Source: a virus
Strand: one strand, 5' to 3'
Length of the DNA stretch: 41,370 nucleotides
Virus record (IMG/VR): IMGVR_UViG_3300045988_025431
Location: 1-41,370 of that record
The translations under genes were made by a program, and so were the position numbers. The notes under the pieces are model-generated. The model had not been told where the DNA came from, ran no database searches, and saw only the letters and a list, made by a program, of their open reading frames with translations. This document shows positions 16,720 to 25,436 of the stretch, piece after piece. Within the stretch, counting starts at the first letter, position 1; each line of letters begins with the position of its first letter.

Positions 16720-17448
16720 TTACTTTACGCCTTTCAACAGCATGGTGGTTTCGTCAAACCGAGCGTTTCCGGGAATAACCAAAGCGGGGCGAACAGACCC
16801 CCTAGAATTATTCGCATATAGACTGCCAAAATCACCTTGGATATTAACATCACATACACTGTCACTAGTATCAATGTATGGCGAACGAAGCCACCAATTA
16901 ACAGTCAACCCCTTTTTATATGCGATACGTTTGTTTTTGGCAGATGTTCCTGTACCAGAGCCAAAATAATCCAACTTAGCCCCATCTTCTGGAATTGAAG
17001 CATAGTTGCTAAGGCCAACTTCATAGCCACCCACCAAGAATACTTTAACGCCTAACCCATCTACCCCGCTCTTAATTGTGGTATCCGTACCACTTGGACA
17101 ATAAGGAATTTTAACTTGTTTTATAACGGCTTGCTCTGCACTACCCAAGCTATTAAAGAAATCTCCATTGAGCCATGTGTTAATATCGCTACTTGCGTAA
17201 GTATTGATATTAGAACTGTTCCACACCCTGTTACTATGGCAATCCTTCCTCAACAACCAAGTCCCATTACAACTTGCATCATACAGGTCGGAATTACTGG
17301 GAATCCCCTGATTCACCACCAGATACTCCACCGCCGTGCCGCCCTCCATCAGCTTCACGGTGGACCCCACCGCAAGTCTGGAGGCCAGCACCCCCGTCAC
17401 CGGTGCCGTATGCACCTCGCCCTTCCGCAAAAATAAACAGTGTCCCAT
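16720..17448 (-). CDS. WWLRSP-motif (DUF6273-like) protein, paralog 3; candidate receptor-binding protein
   Basis: Shares the N-terminal block VGSTVKLMEGGTAVEYLVVNQGIPSNS and the motifs NTWLNGDFFNSLG, WWLRSP and RPAL with the two upstream genes. Confidence 0.7.
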   Translation of the reverse strand: MGHCLFLRKGEVHTAPVTGVLASRLAVGSTVKLMEGGTAVEYLVVNQGIPSNSDLYDASCNGTWLLRKDCHSNRVWNSSNINTYASSDINTWLNGDFFNSLGSAEQAVIKQVKIPYCPSGTDTTIKSGVDGLGVKVFLVGGYEVGLSNYASIPEDGAKLDYFGSGTGTSAKNKRIAYKKGLTVNWWLRSPYIDTSDSVCDVNIQGDFGSLYANNSRGSVRPALVIPGNARFDETTMLLKGVK

Positions 17449-17452
17449 TGTG

Positions 17453-18175
17453 TCACCCCTTTAGAAGCATAGTAGCCGCATCAAACTTAGCTGTTGTGGG
17501 GAGAATTAGGGCGGGGCGGATGCCATCATTAGAACTGGTAGGGTCTTTGTTAATAAGCCCGCCAGTGGCTTTGACGTGAAACACTAAATTTACAGTGCTC
17601 CACTGTGGCGAGCGTAACCACCAATAAACTGCATTTCCATCCAGATAGGAAATGCGTTTTGTATTTCCGCCCGTCCCTAAGATAAAATAATCTAACTTCG
17701 CACCGTCTTTAGGCAGCTCATTATCGTCATCTATTGTGAACCCAACCTCATATCCGCCTAGTAAAAACGCTTTGACAGACAGTCCATTAGTTCCGCTATT
17801 TATCGTTGAAGTCAAATTGCCAACGCAATATGGGATTTTTACTTGCTTGATAACAGATTGCTCAACACTACCTAAGCTATTAAAGAAATCGCCATTTAAC
17901 CAAGTGTTGATGACGCTAGACGCATATTCGTTCTCGTCTAGGCGGTTCCACCGCCCTTTACTATGGCAATCTTTTCTCAACAACCACGTCCCGTCACAGC
18001 TTGCGTCATACAGACCGGAGTTAGAGGGAATACCCTGATTGACTACCAGATATTCAACCGCAGTATCACCTTCCATGAGTTTGACAACAGTGCCTACTGG
18101 CAAAGCACTTGCCAAAACACCGATTGATGGTGTTTTCAACGTCGGCACAATGCCGCTCATAATCACCTTACCCAT
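17453..18175 (-). CDS. WWLRSP-motif (DUF6273-like) protein, paralog 2; candidate receptor-binding protein
   Basis: Same conserved ends as paralogs 1 and 3, with a divergent middle. Confidence 0.7.
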   Translation of the reverse strand: MGKVIMSGIVPTLKTPSIGVLASALPVGTVVKLMEGDTAVEYLVVNQGIPSNSGLYDASCDGTWLLRKDCHSKGRWNRLDENEYASSVINTWLNGDFFNSLGSVEQSVIKQVKIPYCVGNLTSTINSGTNGLSVKAFLLGGYEVGFTIDDDNELPKDGAKLDYFILGTGGNTKRISYLDGNAVYWWLRSPQWSTVNLVFHVKATGGLINKDPTSSNDGIRPALILPTTAKFDAATMLLKG

Positions 18176-18179
18176 TGTG

Positions 18180-18893
18180 TCACCCCTTTAGAAGCATAGT
18201 AGCCGCATCAAACTTAGCTGTTGGGGGGAGAATTAGGGCAGGACGGATTGAGTATGCACGATTAACACTATCTGTCCAGCGATACCCGCTTTCATTAACA
18301 CAGTGGCCACTTTTAGTTGAATTAGTATCTACTGAGCGAGTCCACCACTTAGTGGCAACATTATTTAATTTTGCTATTCTATTTGAATCTGTTTCCAAAG
18401 CCCTAAAATAGCTCAATTTTGCGCCGTCTACGGGAAAATATTCAAACATACTCACTGTCCACCCCAGTTCATATGCCCCAAGCAAAAATATTTTAGTGCT
18501 CAATCCTTGACCAGCTTTATACACATATGAACTACTATTCCCTTCACAATAAGGAATTTTTATTTGTTTGATAATTGATTTTTCAACATTCCCCAACAGG
18601 TTAAAAAATGTCCCATTCAGCCAAGTATTAATAGTAGATGTGTTGTACGTATTTATGCGGGTATCATTCCAATTCTGCTCATTATAACAATCCTTCCTCA
18701 GCAGCCACGTTCCGGCACACGAACTATCATACAAGTTGGAATTACTGGGAATACCTTGATTAACCACCAGATACTCAACCGCCGTGCCGCCCTCCATAAG
18801 CTTGACAACAGTACCGACAGCCAAATCAGATGCAAGGATACCCGTGCTGGGCTTCGTCGCCCTCGCACCTCCAACCACCGTTACATGGCCCAT
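18180..18893 (-). CDS. WWLRSP-motif (DUF6273-like) protein, paralog 1; candidate receptor-binding protein
   Basis: Same conserved ends. Its start overlaps the stop of the tail-fiber gene. Confidence 0.7.
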   Translation of the reverse strand: MGHVTVVGGARATKPSTGILASDLAVGTVVKLMEGGTAVEYLVVNQGIPSNSNLYDSSCAGTWLLRKDCYNEQNWNDTRINTYNTSTINTWLNGTFFNLLGNVEKSIIKQIKIPYCEGNSSSYVYKAGQGLSTKIFLLGAYELGWTVSMFEYFPVDGAKLSYFRALETDSNRIAKLNNVATKWWTRSVDTNSTKSGHCVNESGYRWTDSVNRAYSIRPALILPPTAKFDAATMLLKG

Positions 18894-20875
18894 CAGCTCA
18901 CCTCCGCAACAATGGGGATCTCAACCGTGTTGGCGTCCCCGAAGATGGTAAACTTGATGCCGCCGTCATAGGTCTCGGCGTAGCCGTTGGTGATGCAGTT
19001 GAGGTACTGGTTCTCCGCCTCCACGAAGGCCGCGTAATCGTCAGAAGTCCCCGCCCCCGTATAAGCGTGGTCTACCAGTGCCGTGTTCTGGGCCGTCACC
19101 CCGGCGATGGCAACGCTCTGCGTCTTGACGCCGGTGGTTTCATCCTCCACCCATGTAGTCCCGATGGTGGCGGTGTAGGTTTTAACAGAACTAATCTCCG
19201 GCAGCTGGGAGGTAGGCACCTTGCCGTCTACAAGATCGGCTTTGCCGTTCCACGTCGCCCGGTCGGTGTCGCTGACCTCTTTGGGATGCACATGATCGGC
19301 GCGGGCGGCAAGGTCGGAGGTTCCGGCGGATGTGGTGCCGGGGGCGGCAGGGGCATTGTCGGAAAGGCCGAAGATCTCTTTTTTGGTAACAATCGCTCTT
19401 ACAGAATCTCCTTCAAATGTAAGTTGAACAGAAGCTGCGTTTGATGTGCTTGCCCCGCTAAATGTGTATATGAATTTCTGGCTAACTTGAAAGAAAACCA
19501 AAAGGGGGAGTTCTTGATACGCCTCGTTATCCATAATGAGCTTCAGGCGAATTGCTTTCCCCGCTTCTCTTGCGGCGTTCACTTCATCTAGCGTTTTGTC
19601 TACGTTGGAAATGGTAATCCCACTGGTTGACACATTTGCATTCGCCTGAATGACAAAGGTTTCCGCCTTCCTATTCAGCGCCTCCCGAATGTCCGCATGG
19701 GCAGTGCTGTCCTCGTTGTGGGCAGTCACCGCTGTCGCCGCCGCGCCAGCTGTTTCCTTGTTATTCAGGGCGTTGCGAATGTCTCTGTGAGCGTCAACAC
19801 TCTGGTTATGTGCCGTTACATAGCCCTGCGCCTCGTTCTTGGTGGCAAAGTCACCGCCGACAACTGCCTCTGCCTGCTTCGCCCAATACTTGGCGTTGTC
19901 CGTGTCCTCGCCGGGGCGGGTGCCGGTGCCGCCTACAGCCCAGCTTTGCGCGGTTTTGTTGATGCCGTCCACACCGGCCGCACTCTTTGCCGCCGCCGCT
20001 GCTGCCGCACTGGCCTGAGACGCGGAACTGGACGCGGACGTGGCCGACTGATCGGCAGAACTCGCCGCATTTGTGGCTGTGCTGGCAGCGCCCTGTGCCG
20101 TCTGTGCGCTCTTTGCCGCTGCCGCCGCACTGGCCTGCGCACTTGCAGATGCAGTCTCCGCGCTGGCCTGCGAGGCTGCAGCCGCTGTTTCGCTGGCCTT
20201 TGCATTGGTCTCTGCTGCCTGCGCCGCCTTCTGGGACGCTGCTGATTTTGCGGCACTCGCATCCGCCGCGCTGGCCTGTGCGGTCGCCGTCGCAGCACTC
20301 TCCGCCGCCGCCGTTTTAGAGGCTTCCGCAGAGGACGCGGAGCTGGACGCTGCCGTCTCACTGGCCTTTGCGTTGGTCTCGCTCACCTTGGCGTTGGCCG
20401 CTGCTGCTTCTGCCGCCGCCTTGGCCGTGGTAAACAGTGTCTCCATGCCAGCGATCTCCGCCTGCAGCTGGTCCTTGTCGCTGGGTGTGATGGTCCCGGC
20501 GTTCCCGGCGCTGTCCGGCAGCTCGGAATCCAATACCCGGAAATGCCCCGCCGCCGTAGTGATGGCCTTTGTGGTAGTCTCTCCGGATACCAGTACGCCC
20601 TTGATAGTAATGGTCGCCACGCCTGCGGTTTTCAGCGCCTCAGACGGTACATCCACCTCGTAAGCTCCGTTTACAAGCGTATCCAGACCAAGCACCAGCG
20701 CCACGGATGCGTTCCCCAGCGCATCGGTAAAATACGCCGTCTTGGCGGTGCCCTCCCATGCAGGGCCGAATGTCATCCGCAGGGTCACGGCGTTGTGGGA
20801 GCCGGTGGCTCCGAACGCTTCCCCGGTATATTTGATATACATGTCCTCAACGGACAGTGAAATAATGCGATTCAT
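18893..20875 (-). CDS. tail fiber protein (660 aa)
   Basis: Start trimmed to ATG 20875, after a GGAGGG RBS. It has a long Ala/Ser/Thr/Glu-rich fibrous stretch, the motifs NAKYWAKQAE and ARADHVH, and a twice-repeated AHNxSxxAHxDIR motif. Confidence 0.75.
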   Translation of the reverse strand: MNRIISLSVEDMYIKYTGEAFGATGSHNAVTLRMTFGPAWEGTAKTAYFTDALGNASVALVLGLDTLVNGAYEVDVPSEALKTAGVATITIKGVLVSGETTTKAITTAAGHFRVLDSELPDSAGNAGTITPSDKDQLQAEIAGMETLFTTAKAAAEAAAANAKVSETNAKASETAASSSASSAEASKTAAAESAATATAQASAADASAAKSAASQKAAQAAETNAKASETAAAASQASAETASASAQASAAAAAKSAQTAQGAASTATNAASSADQSATSASSSASQASAAAAAAAKSAAGVDGINKTAQSWAVGGTGTRPGEDTDNAKYWAKQAEAVVGGDFATKNEAQGYVTAHNQSVDAHRDIRNALNNKETAGAAATAVTAHNEDSTAHADIREALNRKAETFVIQANANVSTSGITISNVDKTLDEVNAAREAGKAIRLKLIMDNEAYQELPLLVFFQVSQKFIYTFSGASTSNAASVQLTFEGDSVRAIVTKKEIFGLSDNAPAAPGTTSAGTSDLAARADHVHPKEVSDTDRATWNGKADLVDGKVPTSQLPEISSVKTYTATIGTTWVEDETTGVKTQSVAIAGVTAQNTALVDHAYTGAGTSDDYAAFVEAENQYLNCITNGYAETYDGGIKFTIFGDANTVEIPIVAEVS

Positions 20876-20930
20876 ACGCCCTCCATAGAAAATGCGGGCA
20901 AACGGCAGGAAACCGTCTGCCCGCATCGGG

Positions 20931-21188
20931 TTACATATCGGCCAAAGCCTTGGCGCTGTTCTTCTGCGCCGCCATCTGTGCCTTGTAGGCTTCCATTTCC
21001 TGTTTCTCTGCGTTCTGCAGCACCAGCAGGAACTTCCGCTTGATCTGCACAGTCTCACCACGCATAATGCGGATGATCTCACCGTTGACGCCCACGATAA
21101 TATCGCGGGAATCCGTGCGGCCCATGAGAGGTGCGGTATACTCTACCAGCTCCTCATTGGGATCCGTTACCTTCTTAGCTTCGCTCAT
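20931..21188 (-). CDS. hypothetical head-associated protein (85 aa)
   Basis: Track ORF directly after the capsid gene. Confidence 0.5.
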   Translation of the reverse strand: MSEAKKVTDPNEELVEYTAPLMGRTDSRDIIVGVNGEIIRIMRGETVQIKRKFLLVLQNAEKQEMEAYKAQMAAQKNSAKALADM

Positions 21189-21200
21189 ACTGTCCTCCTA

Positions 21201-22238
21201 TCAGGCGCTGGCAGTGGTCTCAATACGTACCATGTACTGCTGCACCAGAATTTCCGCCGTCTTGGTGGCCTTCCAGCCGACGGTGGCGCGCTGATCCAGG
21301 GGATCGCCGGAACCGGCGCTGCCCAGCTGCTTGACGATGTGCTGCAGACCGCCGCCAGAAATGTCCGTCACACCGTAGGCGTCATCCGCCAGAATCAGGG
21401 TGGAGTACACATCCCGCTTGTTGGCGACCTCTGTACCGGTGGCCTTGTTCTTGGCGGCATCCTTCCACACCTTGGCGCGGCTGGACTGCACAAAGCGGAC
21501 GCCGTACAGCTCGCCGATCTCGTTCTTGTAGATGTTGGCGGTATCCACATACTCGTGGGGGCTCTTCCACTCAGGGTCCTTCATCAGGTCATACTTGGCG
21601 TTGGGATGGATGATGCCCACATAGTAGCCGTTGATCTTGGGAGCGTCCTGCGCCTCCAGAGTGCGCACGGCCTTCTTGATGGCGTCCACGGTCAGATAGT
21701 TGTTCTCGCTCTCGGTGGCGCTGCCGCCCACCAGATTGGCGCGAGCAGTCACAGAGCCGTCGGCGTACTGGACAATGGTACCGGCGTTCAGAATGTCGCG
21801 GGTGATGGTATCCAGGGTGCGTCCGGCCTGAGAGGCGATCAGCTTGGTGGCCTGCACCACGTTGTTGTCGATGGCTGCCAGAATCAGCATATCGGACAGG
21901 GTGACGTAGCCGCCGTACTGCTTCACGGTGGCCTCCAGCTTCTTCACGTTCAGGCTCTGGCCATCAGGGGTCACGCCTTCGGTAAGGGCGGTGGTCATCT
22001 CAGGCAGGGGATCATACTGGCGGAACTCAATGGTCTTGCCGCCGTTCTTGGGGATGGGGTGCTTCTGGGCAAACTGGTCATGCACAAGCTCCGGCTCTGC
22101 AAGGTCGATCAGATAGTCGGAGTAATAGGTCTTCATCTCCGCAGACAGGTCCTTGCCCTCGCCCGTCTGGGTAGTGGTGTTGGTCTTCATGTCCGCGAAG
22201 ATCTGCACGAACATAGGGAACATAAACAGAGTATTCAT
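21201..22238 (-). CDS. major capsid protein (HK97-fold type) with Phe-rich N-terminal leader
   Basis: AAGGAGG RBS. Its size and position follow the scaffold gene. The N-terminus is MNTLFMFPMFVQIFADMK. Confidence 0.8.
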   Translation of the reverse strand: MNTLFMFPMFVQIFADMKTNTTTQTGEGKDLSAEMKTYYSDYLIDLAEPELVHDQFAQKHPIPKNGGKTIEFRQYDPLPEMTTALTEGVTPDGQSLNVKKLEATVKQYGGYVTLSDMLILAAIDNNVVQATKLIASQAGRTLDTITRDILNAGTIVQYADGSVTARANLVGGSATESENNYLTVDAIKKAVRTLEAQDAPKINGYYVGIIHPNAKYDLMKDPEWKSPHEYVDTANIYKNEIGELYGVRFVQSSRAKVWKDAAKNKATGTEVANKRDVYSTLILADDAYGVTDISGGGLQHIVKQLGSAGSGDPLDQRATVGWKATKTAEILVQQYMVRIETTASA

Positions 22239-22259
22239 AGAGTAGCCTCCTTGTTGTTG

Positions 22260-23183
22260 TCAGTTAAAAGTGATGGTTTCCCCCATCGCAGCCCGTCTGG
22301 CGATCTCCGCCCGGTCTGCCGGGGTCAGCTTGGAAACATCATCCTTCACAACAACGGCGCTCTTGGGCGCGGCTCCGTTCTCCTGGGGTCTGGCCCCTCT
22401 GGCGCGGATATTATCCGTTACGGTCTTTTCCGCCTGTGCCGTGGCCTTGCTGAGAAAGTCATCCATGTGCAGGACCTTGTATGCCTGCTCCACGCTGACG
22501 CCTCTTTGTAGCAAGGCGAGGAAATCGGGATTGGTGTTGATCTCGGTGGGCAGGTCGAAGTCTGCCAGCAGGGGGTCCTGCTTCATGGCCTCCGCCTGAT
22601 CCATCCACGAGCGCAGCTGCTGTTCGCTGCGCTGACGGGCGTAATAGTCCTCCTGCGCCGCTCTCAGCCGTGCGTTCTCCTGCTGCATCTGCTGATACTG
22701 CCGGTACTGCTCCACGCTCATACCGGCTTCCTCTGCAGCCTGCTCCCAAAGAGAATTGTCCCGATCCACCGCCGACCGCAGGGCTTCAATGTCGCCGGGT
22801 GCCGTGCCGTAGCGAAGAGACAGGGCGTCCAGAATGGGCTGCTGTGCGTTCAGCGCTTTGCCCTGATCCGCCACGATGCGGCCCTGATCCTTTACCTTTT
22901 TCAGCCGTTCGCCTACGATCCGCTGTACCTCGGCGTCGAAGTCCGCCTTATAGTCACCGTTGATCAAATCCTTGAAGGATGCGCGTTGGTCTTGCTCCCC
23001 GGCGTCAGGAGCCGCAGTCTGCTTTCCGTAGACTACCTCGCCCGTTTTGGCCTGCTGGGCGACGTCAGGCCCGCCATTGGTCCCGCCCGTCTCGGCTCCG
23101 CCCTCTCCTGCTCCGCCGGACGCCCCGGAAGCGCCGCCGTCAAACAGAAACAGGCACATCGCCTTGACAAAAAAGTGTTTCAT
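22260..23183 (-). CDS. scaffolding protein with Phe-rich N-terminal leader
   Basis: AAAGGAGC RBS. The sequence is helical and rich in Gln, Glu, Ala and Arg. It lies between the portal/Prp genes and the capsid gene. The N-terminus is MKHFFVKAMCLFLFDGGASG. Confidence 0.7.
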   Translation of the reverse strand: MKHFFVKAMCLFLFDGGASGASGGAGEGGAETGGTNGGPDVAQQAKTGEVVYGKQTAAPDAGEQDQRASFKDLINGDYKADFDAEVQRIVGERLKKVKDQGRIVADQGKALNAQQPILDALSLRYGTAPGDIEALRSAVDRDNSLWEQAAEEAGMSVEQYRQYQQMQQENARLRAAQEDYYARQRSEQQLRSWMDQAEAMKQDPLLADFDLPTEINTNPDFLALLQRGVSVEQAYKVLHMDDFLSKATAQAEKTVTDNIRARGARPQENGAAPKSAVVVKDDVSKLTPADRAEIARRAAMGETITFN

Positions 23184-23198
23184 ACGCTTGCTCCTTTA

Positions 23199-23537
23199 TC
23201 ATTCTTGCCGCGTCTGCGGCTTGGAACACAAATCAAATTCCCGGGCATCCACCCGTATATTGGCGGGGTATCCCGCCTCTAAACTCATTAGCCCCAGCAC
23301 GGCAGCCTTCCACGGCTCCCCGCAGGGTCCTCTGACCGTCAGCATGAATACACCCGATCCCATGGTCTCGTCCTCTACCGTCACGTTTTCGGTGTTTTTG
23401 CACCAGAGGTAAAGCGTCTGGCAGATTGCGGAGACGGCGGCACATACCACGTCCTTCCCGCTCTCCGCGTAACCGGCGTGGCCCCGGCATTCCAGCCGAA
23501 ACCGGGCTCCCTGGCGGCTGGCGTAAACACGGGTCAT
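23199..23537 (-). CDS. prp: Prp-like (DUF464) cysteine protease
   Basis: The motif GHAGYAESGKDVVCAAVSAI carries the His and Cys of ribosomal-processing protease Prp. The size is 112 aa. Confidence 0.7.
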   Translation of the reverse strand: MTRVYASRQGARFRLECRGHAGYAESGKDVVCAAVSAICQTLYLWCKNTENVTVEDETMGSGVFMLTVRGPCGEPWKAAVLGLMSLEAGYPANIRVDAREFDLCSKPQTRQE

Positions 23538-25426
23538 GCCCTGCTCCTCTCAGCCAGCCGTTCGCCGTAGCTCTTCTTGTTGGCGTTGACGGCATCCTGC
23601 CTTGCCTGTGCAATGGTGGCTCCACCGCCGCTCTGGCCTGTCTGTCCCTGATACCCCGGCTGCTCCACATTCATCCCCGCCGCCGCCTGGAACATGGCAA
23701 GCTGCTGCTGGAGCTGCTGCACCATGTTCAAAAGGGTCTGCCCCTGCTGCACCTGCTGCAAAATCTGCTCCTTACCTTCAAAGTCCATCATGGACAGGGC
23801 AATGATGCTCTGCTGGGCGTTCTCCGGATTGAAGAACCCCAGGCCATACAGCTCCTTTGCCCGCTCATACTGGGCTTCAATGGTAAAGGGACTGCGCTTC
23901 TGGGGTCTGATCTTCAAGTCGAACACAGGGCGCCGGAACATCTGCGCCGTATTCCCCGGCATCGCCACCGGCTGATCCTGCATCCCAGCGTTGTTGAAGT
24001 CCACAAACTCCATCTGCCCGTTCTCGCCCAGAATGCGGAAGGTGCGGGTCTCCGTATAAAACTGCCGGATCAGCTCGATCACCAGAGAGCAAACCTTCCG
24101 GTATGCCCGGTAGCTGCCCTGGATCATGTCGCGGCTCACCTTGTTGCCGGATTCCTGCAGCGCCGCGATAGCAGCCGCCGCCGTCACGCCGGAGGTGCCG
24201 CCGTTGTTCATGTCCCGGTTGGCGCTGGTCTCTTTCATCTCGTCGATCTTCATCTGATAGACGTCGATGTAGTTGCCCTCCAGAGAGGGTGGCACGATGG
24301 GCTGCAAATGCTCGTTGTCCAGTCTCGGCAGCTCGCTATGCACCACGGCACAGGAAGCGTCTTTCAGCTCATCTTCATTGATACCCGCCTGAGAAGATGC
24401 AATGTACCGGGTCTTGGTGCCCAGCAGACTGCGCTCCAGAATGTTCTGGCCCAGCTTGTCGATGTAAAGCTGTGGATTCTTGCAGATGGCAATCATGCCG
24501 AACCCATACGGCGTCCCCGCTTCCGGGAACATGGTGTCGAATACCACCGGGTACAGGCCGTGGTCATAATAGCCGCGCTCAGCATAGTTGGCGTCATTCT
24601 CGCTGGCATACAGGATGCAGTCCCCGGAGAACTTGCAATAATGCAACAGTGTCTTCCCGGTCAGGTCCTTCTTCTTGTAGTACCAGTCCCACACCAAACA
24701 CTTCCCCGTCCAGTCCACGTTGGGATCGTAAGAGTAGGCGTAGTCATCCGGGGTTGCCGTTTCCAGCTTGCCCTTGTACTGTGGGAACTGGGCTTCCAGG
24801 TCTGCCGTCTCCGCCACGCCTGCGATAAACAGGTTCCGACTCTGCTGAATGTCCTTGATCCCCGGCTCCCAGTAAACGTCCAGCAGGTCGAGATCGTGAA
24901 TATCAATGTCGCCCAGCCCATTTTCCTTTTCTGGGTCCCACCCGATGAAATACGCACCGGTGCCGTGTTTCAGCTTGCCCCACCAGGCATCCGCATACAC
25001 GTCCTCAAACTCCGCCGCCTCCATGACGCAGGGGAGAATGGAGGACAGCTTCTTGGCCTCCTGCTGGTCTCCCGCCTCTCTCGGAAGCACGTTCGGCTCC
25101 GGGTAGTTGTCCATAGCGTCGGCGTGCTTGTTGGTAATGGCGTTAAACAGCCATGCGGAGGACGGCTCCGGCACATCCGGGTTGAACTTCTTCCGCACCG
25201 CTTCCCAGTGCCGCACCCGATACCACAGCTCATCCTCTTTCAGGCGGTTTTCCAGCAGGCTCTTGCCGTCCTTGTACTTCCGCACCGTCTCCGCCGCCTT
25301 GCGGATGTCATCCACCTTGATTGCATCCCCGGTGGCCATCTGCCCTGCGGGCTGCGGCTGCAGCTGAGGCATGAGACTTCCAATCCCCATGCCAATTGCC
25401 TTATTGAATAAGTCCTGTCTGTCCAT
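23534..25426 (-). CDS. portal protein (630 aa)
   Basis: Large ORF directly after terL and before the protease/scaffold genes. It overlaps the next gene by 4 nt. Confidence 0.75.
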   Translation of the reverse strand: MDRQDLFNKAIGMGIGSLMPQLQPQPAGQMATGDAIKVDDIRKAAETVRKYKDGKSLLENRLKEDELWYRVRHWEAVRKKFNPDVPEPSSAWLFNAITNKHADAMDNYPEPNVLPREAGDQQEAKKLSSILPCVMEAAEFEDVYADAWWGKLKHGTGAYFIGWDPEKENGLGDIDIHDLDLLDVYWEPGIKDIQQSRNLFIAGVAETADLEAQFPQYKGKLETATPDDYAYSYDPNVDWTGKCLVWDWYYKKKDLTGKTLLHYCKFSGDCILYASENDANYAERGYYDHGLYPVVFDTMFPEAGTPYGFGMIAICKNPQLYIDKLGQNILERSLLGTKTRYIASSQAGINEDELKDASCAVVHSELPRLDNEHLQPIVPPSLEGNYIDVYQMKIDEMKETSANRDMNNGGTSGVTAAAAIAALQESGNKVSRDMIQGSYRAYRKVCSLVIELIRQFYTETRTFRILGENGQMEFVDFNNAGMQDQPVAMPGNTAQMFRRPVFDLKIRPQKRSPFTIEAQYERAKELYGLGFFNPENAQQSIIALSMMDFEGKEQILQQVQQGQTLLNMVQQLQQQLAMFQAAAGMNVEQPGYQGQTGQSGGGATIAQARQDAVNANKKSYGERLAERSRA

Positions 25427-25436
25427 ACGTCCTCCA

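Noticed and set aside
19930-20420. Highly repetitive GC-rich stretch that could be mistaken for a tandem-repeat or CRISPR-like array
   Set aside because: It is the Ala/Ser/Thr/Glu-rich fibrous segment of the tail-fiber ORF (for example ETNAKASETAA twice). There is no fixed period and no repeat-spacer organisation, and the reading frame is maintained.
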